IMG/VR virus record: IMGVR_UViG_3300046115_000144
Coordinates: 1-25,342 of that record
Length of the DNA stretch: 25,342 nucleotides
From: a virus
Lineage: Duplodnaviria; Caudoviricetes
Strand: one strand, 5' to 3'
This document shows positions 17,005 through 25,268 of this stretch, piece after piece. Every line of letters begins with the position of its first letter. Position 1 is the first letter of the stretch. The position numbers were made by a program, and so were the translations under genes. The notes under the pieces are model-generated. The model searched no databases and was not told the DNA's origin. It worked only from the letters and a program-made list of their open reading frames with translations.

Positions 17005-17031
17005 CATCCTCGGAACGAGTCCGAGGATGAC
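17005..17031. repeat. REP-like palindrome (GTCATCCTCGGA-CTCGT-TCCGAGGATG on the minus strand)
   Basis: 10-bp perfect stem CATCCTCGGA/TCCGAGGATG with 5-nt loop, just after the nozzle stop. Resembles the GTCATCC..GG...CC..GGAT palindromes common in Alphaproteobacteria. Confidence 0.6.
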
Positions 17032-17036
17032 AGTCG

Positions 17037-20000
17037 TTATTTCTCGTGCGTGACAACCGTCGGGATCGCCGCCAACACCGTCGCAGGCCTCGGTGACTTC
17101 CCGCGCAACACGAGCCTCGCGTCGGGGTGCCAGCGACTCGGTATGGGGACGGCGACCATATCGAGCGTCTGGTGAATTTGGTTGTCGTCGACAACGGCAC
17201 CCTCGATCATCCGAGGCAAGTCATCCAGGTGCCCAGTATCAGATCCGTAGCGCAAACCACGGTTGTGTGTCGCAAAGAGGAGCAAACCGAGCTGCGGCGC
17301 CCGCTTCTCTTGGGCCAACGCACTGCCCAATTCAGCAGCGTAGGCGAGCTTGGAACTCTCCCACGTTGCCTTATAGGGAAGGCCGGCGATCGAATGATGC
17401 ACCGCGACGCCGAGAGTAATATCGCCCCCGGTATCGGGCGTCCAACGAACCTGCACCCCATCGACATCCGGCGACCGATCGACACCAGGAATAGACCCCG
17501 TGTCATCGCTCCACACGACGACCGACTCACCCACCAGATGCGGAGCAATGTCGACAAGCGCGGCGTTTTGCCCAGTGTCCGTGTAGCTCTTGGCGCAGTC
17601 CATCAGCCAGCCCGTCAACCCGCTATCGCCCGTGCACTCGCTCTCCTTGGCCCACTTTTCCAGGTAGCGCTTGGTCGACCCATTGATCGTGCGCCGCACA
17701 TGATAGTAGACCGCGTCCTCGACGGTCCCGGGCAGGCTCATAACCTTCTCGACCGCACCCGATGTTCCCGTGTCCGTCTGCCACATCGACCAGGCCACGA
17801 CCTCATCGCCCGGCTCATAGGTCAGGATGGCAACCCGCCCATCCCCGAGGCAGGCGTGGATTCTGGTGTCGGGCTGCCGCTGCACGGCAATAGACACCAC
17901 GCCCGCCTCCAGCAGATCCGGCACCAGCCGCGTCAGGTCGGCCGCCTCATAGTCCCCCGACGTGCTCCCCCCACCCCCGGCACCCGCCACCAGCAGCCGT
18001 TGCCCGGAACGCTGCACGTAGGCGGCCTTGGTATCGATCTTGACGGCCCGCAGGCTCGCCGCCCCCTGGGTCGAGAACGGCGTCGAGGCGTTGCAGTTGG
18101 TCGGCGTCAGCGGCTCGTCGAGCGAGGACGACCGCGCCGTGAGCTCGGCCCCGGCCGTGCCGATGATGAGCCGCAACAGCGACATCAGGAAGCGGATGGA
18201 ATCGACCGGTCCCGAGCCCAATGTCTTGACGATGGGGGCGGCATCCCCGATCGTGGCATCGTCGAAGTTCTCGTAGTCGTCCGAGACGCTCATGAACAGC
18301 TGCCCACCCCGGGCGTGCGCGAGCCTTCCGCCATGCAGGGCAACGGCCGCCGGGAAGGAGCGCGCCGCCGACCAGAAGCCCTCCTGCCAGTTCTCGGAAG
18401 CGCCTGTGGCGGAGAAGCGCGACAACACCTCGATGCTGACAGAGACGTTGGAGGCAAAATCGGTGACGCGGGCAATGCCGGTGATGCCGCCGCCCTGATA
18501 GGTGAGGACCACGATGGCCACGCCCGAGCTGTAGGCGGAGATGCGCGCCCGATACCAGGTCTGCACGTTGTCGTCGGTGTCGAAGATGGTGCGCGTGAAC
18601 GAGCCGGTATCGGTCGCCAGCGCATTGGCCATGAAGTTGGTGTCGACGGGATGGAAGCCGCGATCGGCCCCGTCGATCGAGCGCTCGAGCGTGATGGTGC
18701 CGGACCAAGTGCCGGTCACGCTGACGGAAACCCTGCGCTCGCCGCCGGTGCCTGTGCCGGTGTCGTTGTAGCCGTTGACCTCGATGGCGTCCGTTTTGGC
18801 CTCGACCGCGCCGAGCCGCCATTGCCCGCTCTGGCCCGTGTGGAAGATGCGCATCAGCGCACCGACATGGTCGATCGAGAAGAACGGAATATCGCTCGCC
18901 AAGGTGGTGTTGCCGAACAACGCAGCCGGCGACAGCTTGGCGCCAGAAGAGGGCGATGGCAGGAACGGCCCGTTGTCGGGAGCATAGTCGACCACCGACC
19001 AGGAGCGCCCCGTGCCCCGGCGCTCGATCTTGGATGGCCTGACCCCATCGCTATCGGCATAGACCACATCGGCCGACTGGTCGTAGCGGACGTTGTCGAG
19101 AGCGTTGGCCTCCCACGGCGCCGTGACCTCGACCGTACCGGAATCGCCGACGGCGAGCGAGCCGACGATGCGGTTCATCACCTCGTCGGTCTGCAGGGTG
19201 ACCCAGAAATAGGGCGTCGTCGGCGTCAGGGCGAGGTTGTGGTAGCCGGTGCCGAGCTCAGTCTCGGAGATGTAGTCGTCGTCCCTCTGGGTGGAGCCCA
19301 CCCGCAGCGTCACGGGACCGCGCTCGACATAGAGGCTGAGCGAATGCTCGGTGCCCGTATCGGACACGACAACCCGCTTCTCGCGCCTGGCGAGCGAGCC
19401 GATGGCGGTGGCATTCAAGGTCAGCTTGCCGCCGGACACCAGGATCTGCTGCGCCGAGGACGAGAAGATCTCGAACATCTCGATTTCCGAGACGATCAGT
19501 TCGGTGTCGCCGTCGACAGCCGAAACATTGAGCCGCCAGAAGCGGTGCGCAGTGACCGTGCCGGTGTCGCCCTCGGCCGTGGTGTAGGTGCGCTTCTCAC
19601 CGGCCGCCCAGCCGGTAATGTTCGACTTGGTCTGCTCGACGGTCCAGACGCTGCCGTTGTCGCTCGACTCCAACGTCCAGGCCTTTGGTGCGTTGTTGGT
19701 GTTGACGGCGCTGGGGCCGGCCCGGATCGAGTATCTGGCAATCGACTTGGTGTTGCTGGCCCCGAAGTCGACAGCCCACGTGCTCGGCAAGGAGCTGACA
19801 TTGCTCGAGCCCGTATCCTGCCAGCCGCTGTTGTTGTTGTCATCGGCCGCCTTCCATGCGGCCCGGTTGCCGCCGAGGAGGGCAACGGGCTGATCCTCGC
19901 TGTCCATCGGAACAAACGGGCTGCCACCGAGACCATCGCTGTTGTGGACGACATTCTCCGAGGAGGCCGAGACCGTCACCCCGTTGGTCGTCGCCCCCAC

Positions 20001-20420
20001 CATGGTGGGGATGGCATCGACCGAGGATATCAGCCGGCCGGTAAAGGCCCCACCCGCCGAGGTATCGGCCCAGCCGGTGTCGGTCAGCGACAGCGTGGTA
20101 TTGACCGCAGGCCGGCCCAGCAGCGAGAGCGCATGCGCATCGCTGCCGATCCACAGGCGCATCTTCTGGTGCGTCAGCTCGATGAGCGCCACGTCGTCGG
20201 TCGAGGCGATGAACTCCAGGTACTGGGCGCCGGTATCGTTGAGGGACGAGCCGAACCACTTGGTGCCAGGACGAATGGTGAGCGCGCCCTGGGTCTTAGG
20301 CAGCCAGTTGGTGAACACCTCGGCCGACAGCCTGGTGCGGTCGAGGTCGACGCGCGCCAGCGCCTTGGGTGAGAGCAATCCGCGGTTGAATGCCAAAAAC
20401 GGCACATTGGCGCGCGCCAT
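17037..20420 (-). CDS. tail nozzle / tail tubular protein B (T7 gp12, P22 gp10-like), 1127 aa, with inserted discoidin (F5/8 type C) domain
   Basis: N-terminal AFNRGLLSP...R.DL...NW....G....RPGT, YDQSADVVY, YAPDNGPFL, FPAAVALHGGRL, S.SDDYENF and AGLPY motifs. GAGGG RBS. Follows the adaptor gene. Confidence 0.9.
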   Translation of the reverse strand: MARANVPFLAFNRGLLSPKALARVDLDRTRLSAEVFTNWLPKTQGALTIRPGTKWFGSSLNDTGAQYLEFIASTDDVALIELTHQKMRLWIGSDAHALSLLGRPAVNTTLSLTDTGWADTSAGGAFTGRLISSVDAIPTMVGATTNGVTVSASSENVVHNSDGLGGSPFVPMDSEDQPVALLGGNRAAWKAADDNNNSGWQDTGSSNVSSLPSTWAVDFGASNTKSIARYSIRAGPSAVNTNNAPKAWTLESSDNGSVWTVEQTKSNITGWAAGEKRTYTTAEGDTGTVTAHRFWRLNVSAVDGDTELIVSEIEMFEIFSSSAQQILVSGGKLTLNATAIGSLARREKRVVVSDTGTEHSLSLYVERGPVTLRVGSTQRDDDYISETELGTGYHNLALTPTTPYFWVTLQTDEVMNRIVGSLAVGDSGTVEVTAPWEANALDNVRYDQSADVVYADSDGVRPSKIERRGTGRSWSVVDYAPDNGPFLPSPSSGAKLSPAALFGNTTLASDIPFFSIDHVGALMRIFHTGQSGQWRLGAVEAKTDAIEVNGYNDTGTGTGGERRVSVSVTGTWSGTITLERSIDGADRGFHPVDTNFMANALATDTGSFTRTIFDTDDNVQTWYRARISAYSSGVAIVVLTYQGGGITGIARVTDFASNVSVSIEVLSRFSATGASENWQEGFWSAARSFPAAVALHGGRLAHARGGQLFMSVSDDYENFDDATIGDAAPIVKTLGSGPVDSIRFLMSLLRLIIGTAGAELTARSSSLDEPLTPTNCNASTPFSTQGAASLRAVKIDTKAAYVQRSGQRLLVAGAGGGGSTSGDYEAADLTRLVPDLLEAGVVSIAVQRQPDTRIHACLGDGRVAILTYEPGDEVVAWSMWQTDTGTSGAVEKVMSLPGTVEDAVYYHVRRTINGSTKRYLEKWAKESECTGDSGLTGWLMDCAKSYTDTGQNAALVDIAPHLVGESVVVWSDDTGSIPGVDRSPDVDGVQVRWTPDTGGDITLGVAVHHSIAGLPYKATWESSKLAYAAELGSALAQEKRAPQLGLLLFATHNRGLRYGSDTGHLDDLPRMIEGAVVDDNQIHQTLDMVAVPIPSRWHPDARLVLRGKSPRPATVLAAIPTVVTHEK

Positions 20421-20430
20421 TTTTATTCCC

Positions 20431-21069
20431 TCAACCCGTCAACGAGCCGCGCGAGCCGCGATCGCGCGAGCCACCGCCACCGCGCGCCGTCGTCCAGGAG
20501 CTGGGCGGGGGGAACTTCGGATTGGGCTCGTTCATGCTGTCGTGGTTCTTGGCCGTCTTGCGTGCCTTGTCGCGCCGCTTCTCGACGCGCTCCAGCATCG
20601 ACTCACTCGACGTCAGCTTGAGGCACACGCGGCTCGCCAGCTCCAGCTGCACAAAGCGCGTGAAATTGGCCGTCCATCGCGTGAGATCAAGCCCAAGCCC
20701 CGTGTCGTTCGACACATAGCGGATGTAGATCGGGCTGGAGTCCGCCGACCAGAAGTTGCTGTCGTCGTAGTAGTGCAGCAGCGGAAAGGCGAAGTTCTCA
20801 TCCGCCGACACCCCGTGCGTCCTGACCCAATCCGACGGCTTGGCGAACACCTCGGGGTAGCCGAACTCGGGCGTGACCCCTGTGTCCGACACGGCCTTGA
20901 TGGTCTCCATGGCGAAGTTCCAGGAGCCCGCCGCCAGGCACTCGGCCACCACCTGATCGTAGGCGGCGACGAGCTCGCGCCCCGCCTCCACGGCCTCGCC
21001 GGTATCGCTCAAGCGACGATGGCCGATCTCGACGAGAGAGCCGTTGAAGACGGCGAGCTTGGTGGTCAT
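20431..21069 (-). CDS. tail adaptor / tail tubular protein A (T7 gp11-like), 212 aa; start revised to ATG 21069
   Basis: MTTKLAVFNGSLVEIG...WNFA...P.FGY...F.KPSDWVR...IRYVS...F...V...LA; AAGGA RBS; directly upstream of the nozzle. Confidence 0.85.
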   Translation of the reverse strand: MTTKLAVFNGSLVEIGHRRLSDTGEAVEAGRELVAAYDQVVAECLAAGSWNFAMETIKAVSDTGVTPEFGYPEVFAKPSDWVRTHGVSADENFAFPLLHYYDDSNFWSADSSPIYIRYVSNDTGLGLDLTRWTANFTRFVQLELASRVCLKLTSSESMLERVEKRRDKARKTAKNHDSMNEPNPKFPPPSSWTTARGGGGSRDRGSRGSLTG

Positions 21070-21071
21070 GG

Positions 21072-21089
21072 TCAGTTCCTTTGGAACTG

Positions 21090-21090
<1 letters not shown>
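21072..21090 (-). promoter_or_regulatory. hairpin occluding the adaptor ribosome-binding site
   Basis: TCAGTTCC-AAA-GGAACTGA, a perfect 8-bp stem ending 2 nt before the ATG; the AAGGA SD lies across the loop and 3' arm. Confidence 0.55.
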
Positions 21091-21182
<92 letters not shown>

Positions 21183-21190
<8 letters not shown>

Positions 21191-21665
21191 TCTCGAGCGG
21201 CATCGGCCTCTTGGCCTTGAGATCGTAAGGGCATGGCGCACCCGTCTTGGGATCGCAGGCCGGGCCGACGCAGTCGACGACGAGACCATCGGCAACACCA
21301 TGTGTGTTGAAGCGCACGCCGGTGACGATGAGGCGCGCAAAAAAGCGGTGATCGGTGGTGCGCACCTCAAGCTCGGTGCCGAGGTAGTCGCCGCCGTTGG
21401 CCTTGGCGGATGACTGCAGCATGGGGGCGATCGAGGCCCAGAAGCCCGGCTCGAAGGTCTCCTCCAGCGTCCAGTCTGCCGGCAGCAGGACCTGCTGCGG
21501 CTCGGAGAAGTGGCCCGTGGGCTTGAAGTTGCTGATCGACAGCTGCCGCTTCTTGCGCGGCACGGCAACAGCGGGGGCTGCAGCGACGGCAGCCGCAGCG
21601 CTTGGCGCGCTCGGAATAGGTTTGGATTCGGACTTGACGGGAGCAACAGTTGCGGCTTGCGCCAT
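21183..21665 (-). CDS. hypothetical phage protein, 160 aa
   Basis: AAGGA RBS; Ala/Pro-rich N-terminus then a globular region (TLEETFEPGFWASIA...LEVRT.D..F.ARL.V); lies between head and neck genes. Confidence 0.8.
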
Positions 21666-21691
21666 AGGGTTTCCTTGGATTGTGGGTTGAC

Positions 21692-21724
21692 AAACAGAAA
21701 AGAGCCGGCCCGAAAGCCGGCTCT
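21692..21724 (-). terminator. Rho-independent terminator after the capsid/decoration genes
   Basis: AGAGCCGGC-TTTCGG-GCCGGCTCT stem with UUCG-type loop followed by TTTCTGTTT; same position as T7 T-phi. Confidence 0.85.
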
Positions 21725-21739
21725 CTCCAGTGGCATGCC

Positions 21740-22018
21740 TCAGCCGGTATCGCCGATGAGGGTTCCAGGTCCGGTCGTGCCCTGCGTGGCACCGGTATCC
21801 TGCACATAGCCGGGAGCAAACGCGGCAGCCCTCACGACCTTGGTGACACCGCCACCGCTGGACATGATCAGGTCGCCCGAGTCCACGCCCATGTCGCCGG
21901 CATTGGCGAAGAACCCGGCCACATCCAACACCGTACCGGTGTCATGATAGGACCAGATCTTGAAGCCAGTCATGCCCTGCGCCATGAGCTTCAGCTTATC
22001 CTTGGAATAGGTAGCCAT
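21740..22018 (-). CDS. probable head decoration/cement protein, 92 aa (MATYSKDKLKLMAQG...IGDTG); start revised to ATG 22018
   Basis: GGAGG RBS right after the capsid stop; co-transcribed with the capsid before the terminator; W.Y...GFFANA.D.G...GDLI pattern typical of small post-capsid proteins. Confidence 0.75.
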   Translation of the reverse strand: MATYSKDKLKLMAQGMTGFKIWSYHDTGTVLDVAGFFANAGDMGVDSGDLIMSSGGGVTKVVRAAAFAPGYVQDTGATQGTTGPGTLIGDTG

Positions 22019-22032
22019 GTGGTTTCCCTCCC

Positions 22033-22744
22033 TTAGATAGCCGACGCGTCGTGCAGGAACTGCACGATGCCGGACTGCTGGAGCATCTTGGAACCGGTGA
22101 ACGACGATGCGCGAGCATACGAGTAGTCCTGCTCGTCGTCGTAGCCGATGGCGATGTTGAGGCCTTCGCCCTGGTCGAATGCCGATCCCACCGCATCTCT
22201 GTGGTAGAAGTAGCACTTCTCCGAGGACGTCCCGACACCCGTCAGATTGGGATGGAAGATCCAGTTGAAGCCTGCCCAGCGCATGGTGCGGCGAGCGGGA
22301 CCCGTCAGGAACTTCTGCTCCACGTAGTCGATCTTCGTGGCTTCGGGCAGCTGCATGATGTAGCCGCGCACCGCAGGGGTGGCGACGGCCCACATCTTGT
22401 CGACCTCCTCGACGGGAACCTCGTTCTCGCCGAGAGTTACGATGGCCTTCGCGGCAGCCGACAATGCGAAGGTCGCGGCAGCACCGAGGTTGTTGGTCGC
22501 CGTATCGAGCTGAGCGATGACGTCAGCATCGAGCCGGCGGTTCAGAACCTTACGCGTGGTCTGCTGCATCAGGGCGCGCTGGTCGCCCTGCGACTGGAAG
22601 ATGTTGAACCTGGTCTTTCGGACCAGATCATGCCACTCAACCAGAGTCGCGGTCGTCTGGGTCAAACTGTCCGCGCGAGCGGGAATGAGACCGTTGATAC
22701 CGCGCGTGACAGCCGCGGCGCCGCCGCTGCCTGCCACGAGGAAA
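22033..22744 (-). CDS. major capsid protein, exon 2; spliced CDS = join(23786..23907, 22033..22744), 277 aa
   Basis: T-TTC-CTC-GTG-GCA joins exon 1 in frame to give IKGNQAVFLVAGSGGAAAVTRG. Capsid-like motifs LNRRLDADVI, W.GFNWIFHP, YFYHRDAVG, GSKMLQQSGIV. Confidence 0.9.
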
Positions 22745-23785
22745 CAAACGCATATTCATGCGTTTAGACTGTCGCTTACCCCGTGTCGTCTTTTGCGCCA
22801 GTAGTGCATTTGACAAAGTCCATGTCCGTGCACTCGACGGTCACAACCTTGTATTTCGCAAAAACGACGATCAGGGCCTGGGATACTCAGTCGTTGCCGA
22901 TGATGGTGAAGAATCGCGTCTATCTTATCGCGTTTGAACCGAGAATGCTTGGCGAGATTTGGAAGGAACTGCTCTGCAAACGAGCGGTTCTGATAGCCTA
23001 GCATTCTTCTCCAGTGTAACACTGGCGATCGATGATCCTGATATATGCTTCCACCAAACGCATGGAGCAAAAAATCGAGGACGCAGCGATCGTTAACGTG
23101 AGCCACGGCGCTTACTGCTATTCTCCACCGCGTCACTCCGTCTTTGGTCTTGGACGAGCGGATATAGCTGCCATCCCCATCAAGATACCCGGCGAGCCAC
23201 GCCCATGTGGGGTGGTTCTTCGGTTTGATGGGACCGGCATTGGCGCGCCGTGATTCCTTGCTTTGCGCGATAAGCGCTTCCCTTACTCCCGCCGATATCT
23301 GGCCGCCACGTTTTTCACGCCAAACATCCAGCAGCCACTGCCAGTGTTTAGCTTTGATCACCATGTGTTTGATCAAACGTGGGAGAAGCATCTCCAGATC
23401 AGCGCGCTTGGACACTTGCCAAACGTTGATGTTGTGCGTCTGCCTTGTTGGTTTGTCGCCGATTACTACCTCCCTTGGGAGGATTACGCTTGAGCGACCC
23501 ATTCCCGTAAGATTTGGTAGCTTTGCGACAAATCCTTCTTTATCTATTTGCTCTGAAGCGCATAGATAAAGAAGCAGACCTACATTGCAGTCACCTGACT
23601 GTGTTTTATTGGCAAAATGGAACGATAGAGAACCGTCCGCATCTAGCAATCCAGCCAGGTACTTGACCAGCGATTCGTTCACAATCTCAACACCTTTTGT
23701 TGCGGTTGAGAAGCATCTTTCGTCGGGTTGCCTTCTATCTTACAGAAGGTTTTCCCGTTATTCAATCCCAGTTACGCGGCCATCG
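22745..23785 (-). mobile_element. group I self-splicing intron (1041 nt) carrying a homing endonuclease
   Basis: P1 GCGGU/GCCGC with U.G at the 5' splice site; P3 CUGGGAU (23765-23771) / AUCCCAG (22878-22884); P AAUAACGGGAAA and Q GGCAACCCGACG around the P5 stem CCUUCU/AGAAGG; P7 GACUG (22888-22892) / CAGUC (22767-22771); P9 AAACGCAU-GAAU-AUGCGUUU then terminal G at 22745. Visibly lower GC than the flanks. Confidence 0.92.
22756..23682 (-). CDS. intron-encoded double-motif LAGLIDADG homing endonuclease with C-terminal Zn-finger, 308 aa
   Basis: YLAGLLDADGS and WLAGYLDGDGS motifs; C-terminal CEIQGCDRRVHGHGLCQMHY; GTG start with AGGTG SD. Confidence 0.92.
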   Translation of the reverse strand: MNESLVKYLAGLLDADGSLSFHFANKTQSGDCNVGLLLYLCASEQIDKEGFVAKLPNLTGMGRSSVILPREVVIGDKPTRQTHNINVWQVSKRADLEMLLPRLIKHMVIKAKHWQWLLDVWREKRGGQISAGVREALIAQSKESRRANAGPIKPKNHPTWAWLAGYLDGDGSYIRSSKTKDGVTRWRIAVSAVAHVNDRCVLDFLLHAFGGSIYQDHRSPVLHWRRMLGYQNRSFAEQFLPNLAKHSRFKRDKIDAILHHHRQRLSIPGPDRRFCEIQGCDRRVHGHGLCQMHYWRKRRHGVSDSLNA

Positions 23786-23907
23786 ACCGCCTGGTTGCCC
23801 TTGATCACCGCCTCTGTGACGGTGGTCTGGCGCAACCAGCTCATACCCTCCTCGAACTCACTGACCAGTTCCTTTCGGTACTGGATGACTGGTGCACTTT
23901 CTGCCAT
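23786..23907 (-). CDS. major capsid protein, exon 1 (MAESAPVIQYRKELVSEFEEGMSWLRQTTVTEAVIKGNQA + GT)
   Basis: AGGAG RBS and ATG at 23907; 40 codons + 2 nt; the unspliced frame stops shortly inside the intron. Not in the ORF track. Confidence 0.9.
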
Positions 23908-24128
23908 GTTGGCATCTCCTAAGTGCGTTTGGGGATGCCGGTCGTTCTGGTTCTCCTTTCACGATACGCTCGCGGGTTGACCCACCAGAGTGAGGGCCGC
24001 TCACGCATCCAAAGGCGCTTCACGAACGGTTGGGTGCCCGCGGAACAAAGTCCGAGGGCGTGGAACGCTGACGGTAAGCGCTAGGCGCCGGCGAGCCGGG
24101 TTGGCCAGGCGTCGACCGTCTCTACAAA
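23908..24128 (-). promoter_or_regulatory. structured 220-nt capsid leader, including an SD-sequestering hairpin (23911-23939)
   Basis: GGCAUCCCC-loop-GGAGAUGCC pairs over the AGGAG SD; further GC-rich stems upstream. Confidence 0.45.
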
Positions 24129-25262
24129 TCAGGCCCGTTGCCGGGACTGAATCTTTTGCTGGGCCTCGATGAGCTCACGCTCGCGGGCCTGCATGGCATA
24201 GTCCTTGTTGTAGGCGGGCCTGTTCTCGCGCCGGGCCTTGTCGATGGCCTTGAGCTCGGCATCGATCGAAAGACCCGTCTGGTTGCCGTCCTCGACCACG
24301 GTTGCGGCCGGGTTGACCTCGCTGGCGAGGCTGACCAGGAAGCGCACCATGTCGGGATCGTTGCCGATCAGCTTGCCGTCGGCCGTGCGCCCGCCCATCA
24401 ATCTGGCATAGAGCGACTTGTCGTTCTTGACATCCACCCCACCAGGAGCCGTGGCAAACAGGCTCGAAATGGCGTTGGTCTTGCGCTTGAAGGCCGGACC
24501 GAACTCCTCCTTGAGGGCAGCTTCGGACTCGCGCCGGTAGGTGTCGTCGGCCTCGTCGAGGGCAGCGGCTGCCTCTTCCTGCTGCTTGAGGTTCCAGTTC
24601 ACCGCCTTGTTGACGAAGTCCTGCGCAGTAGTGGCTCCGTTGACGGCTTGGAGGAAGCTCGACACCAGCGGCTTGTCGGTATCGCCGAGGACGGCCCCGC
24701 TCTCGAGCTTGATCGCGCCCATCAGCTCCTCGGGCTTCTCGGTCCAGCCGAGAGCCTTGGCAAAGGCCGTGACCTCCTCGGGCTTGGCGTCCTTGCCGGG
24801 GATCTTGACGAGCCCGCCGGCGGAGAACTTGCCCTCCAGCTCCCGGTACATGCCCGCTAGTGCGGCGGGGTCGGTGATGCGCTCGAGGCGTTTAAGCTCC
24901 TTGGCCAGCACCTTCTTGTCGCCGGCAACCAGATGCTCGGCTGCCTTCTGGCGCCAGTCCTCGGGCCAGTAGGGCTTGTGCGCCTTGTCGGCTGCCTCCT
25001 GCTTAGCCTTGTCCTCGGCGTTTACGTCGCCGCCGGTGGCAATGGTCTTCTTGCCCTCCGCTCCCACGGCTTTATCGTCGGCGCCTTCGTCGCCACCGGC
25101 GACAGTCTTAGCGCCCTTGCCCGCCTCGGCTCCCTTGCCTGCGGCGTCATCCGTCGTCGAGGTCGTTGCGTCGTCGGCCTCCCCGTCTTTTACTTCAAGC
25201 GCCTCTTCAGCCCCCAGCACTGCCAAGTCCTCCTGTGTAAACGTCGGTTTCTCGTCCTGCAT
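24129..25262 (-). CDS. capsid assembly/scaffolding protein (T7 gp9-like position), 377 aa
   Basis: Acidic low-complexity N-terminus, WPEDWR, Y.ELE.K, L..E.G..F and C-terminal helix; directly upstream of the capsid gene. Confidence 0.8.
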   Translation of the reverse strand: MQDEKPTFTQEDLAVLGAEEALEVKDGEADDATTSTTDDAAGKGAEAGKGAKTVAGGDEGADDKAVGAEGKKTIATGGDVNAEDKAKQEAADKAHKPYWPEDWRQKAAEHLVAGDKKVLAKELKRLERITDPAALAGMYRELEGKFSAGGLVKIPGKDAKPEEVTAFAKALGWTEKPEELMGAIKLESGAVLGDTDKPLVSSFLQAVNGATTAQDFVNKAVNWNLKQQEEAAAALDEADDTYRRESEAALKEEFGPAFKRKTNAISSLFATAPGGVDVKNDKSLYARLMGGRTADGKLIGNDPDMVRFLVSLASEVNPAATVVEDGNQTGLSIDAELKAIDKARRENRPAYNKDYAMQARERELIEAQQKIQSRQRA

Positions 25263-25268
25263 GATCGG

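Noticed and set aside
16937-17200. N-terminal extension of the 210-aa GNAT ORF
   Set aside because: Overlaps the nozzle 3' end and the palindromic spacer; SD and motif support ATG 16936.
17127-20372. 1081-aa plus-strand ORF, and other long plus-strand ORFs (2078..4213, 10451..12097, 12174..14159)
   Set aside because: Antisense shadows of GC-rich minus-strand genes; no recognisable motifs, and the opposite strand carries clear phage proteins.
21740-22393. 217-aa ORF suggesting a longer gene or a T7 10B-like capsid frameshift fusion
   Set aside because: An open alternate frame overlaps the capsid end, but I see no clear slippery site, and a strong GGAGG SD supports an independent start at 22018. 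A fusion cannot be fully excluded.
22033-22737. 234-aa capsid ORF starting at GTG 22737
   Set aside because: No SD. It is exon 2, and the real start is ATG 23907 upstream of the intron.
22756-23682. Intein or free-standing endonuclease interpretation
   Set aside because: The ORF has its own start and stop, lacks intein N-terminal Cys/Ser and C-terminal His-Asn motifs, and is embedded in a complete group I core.
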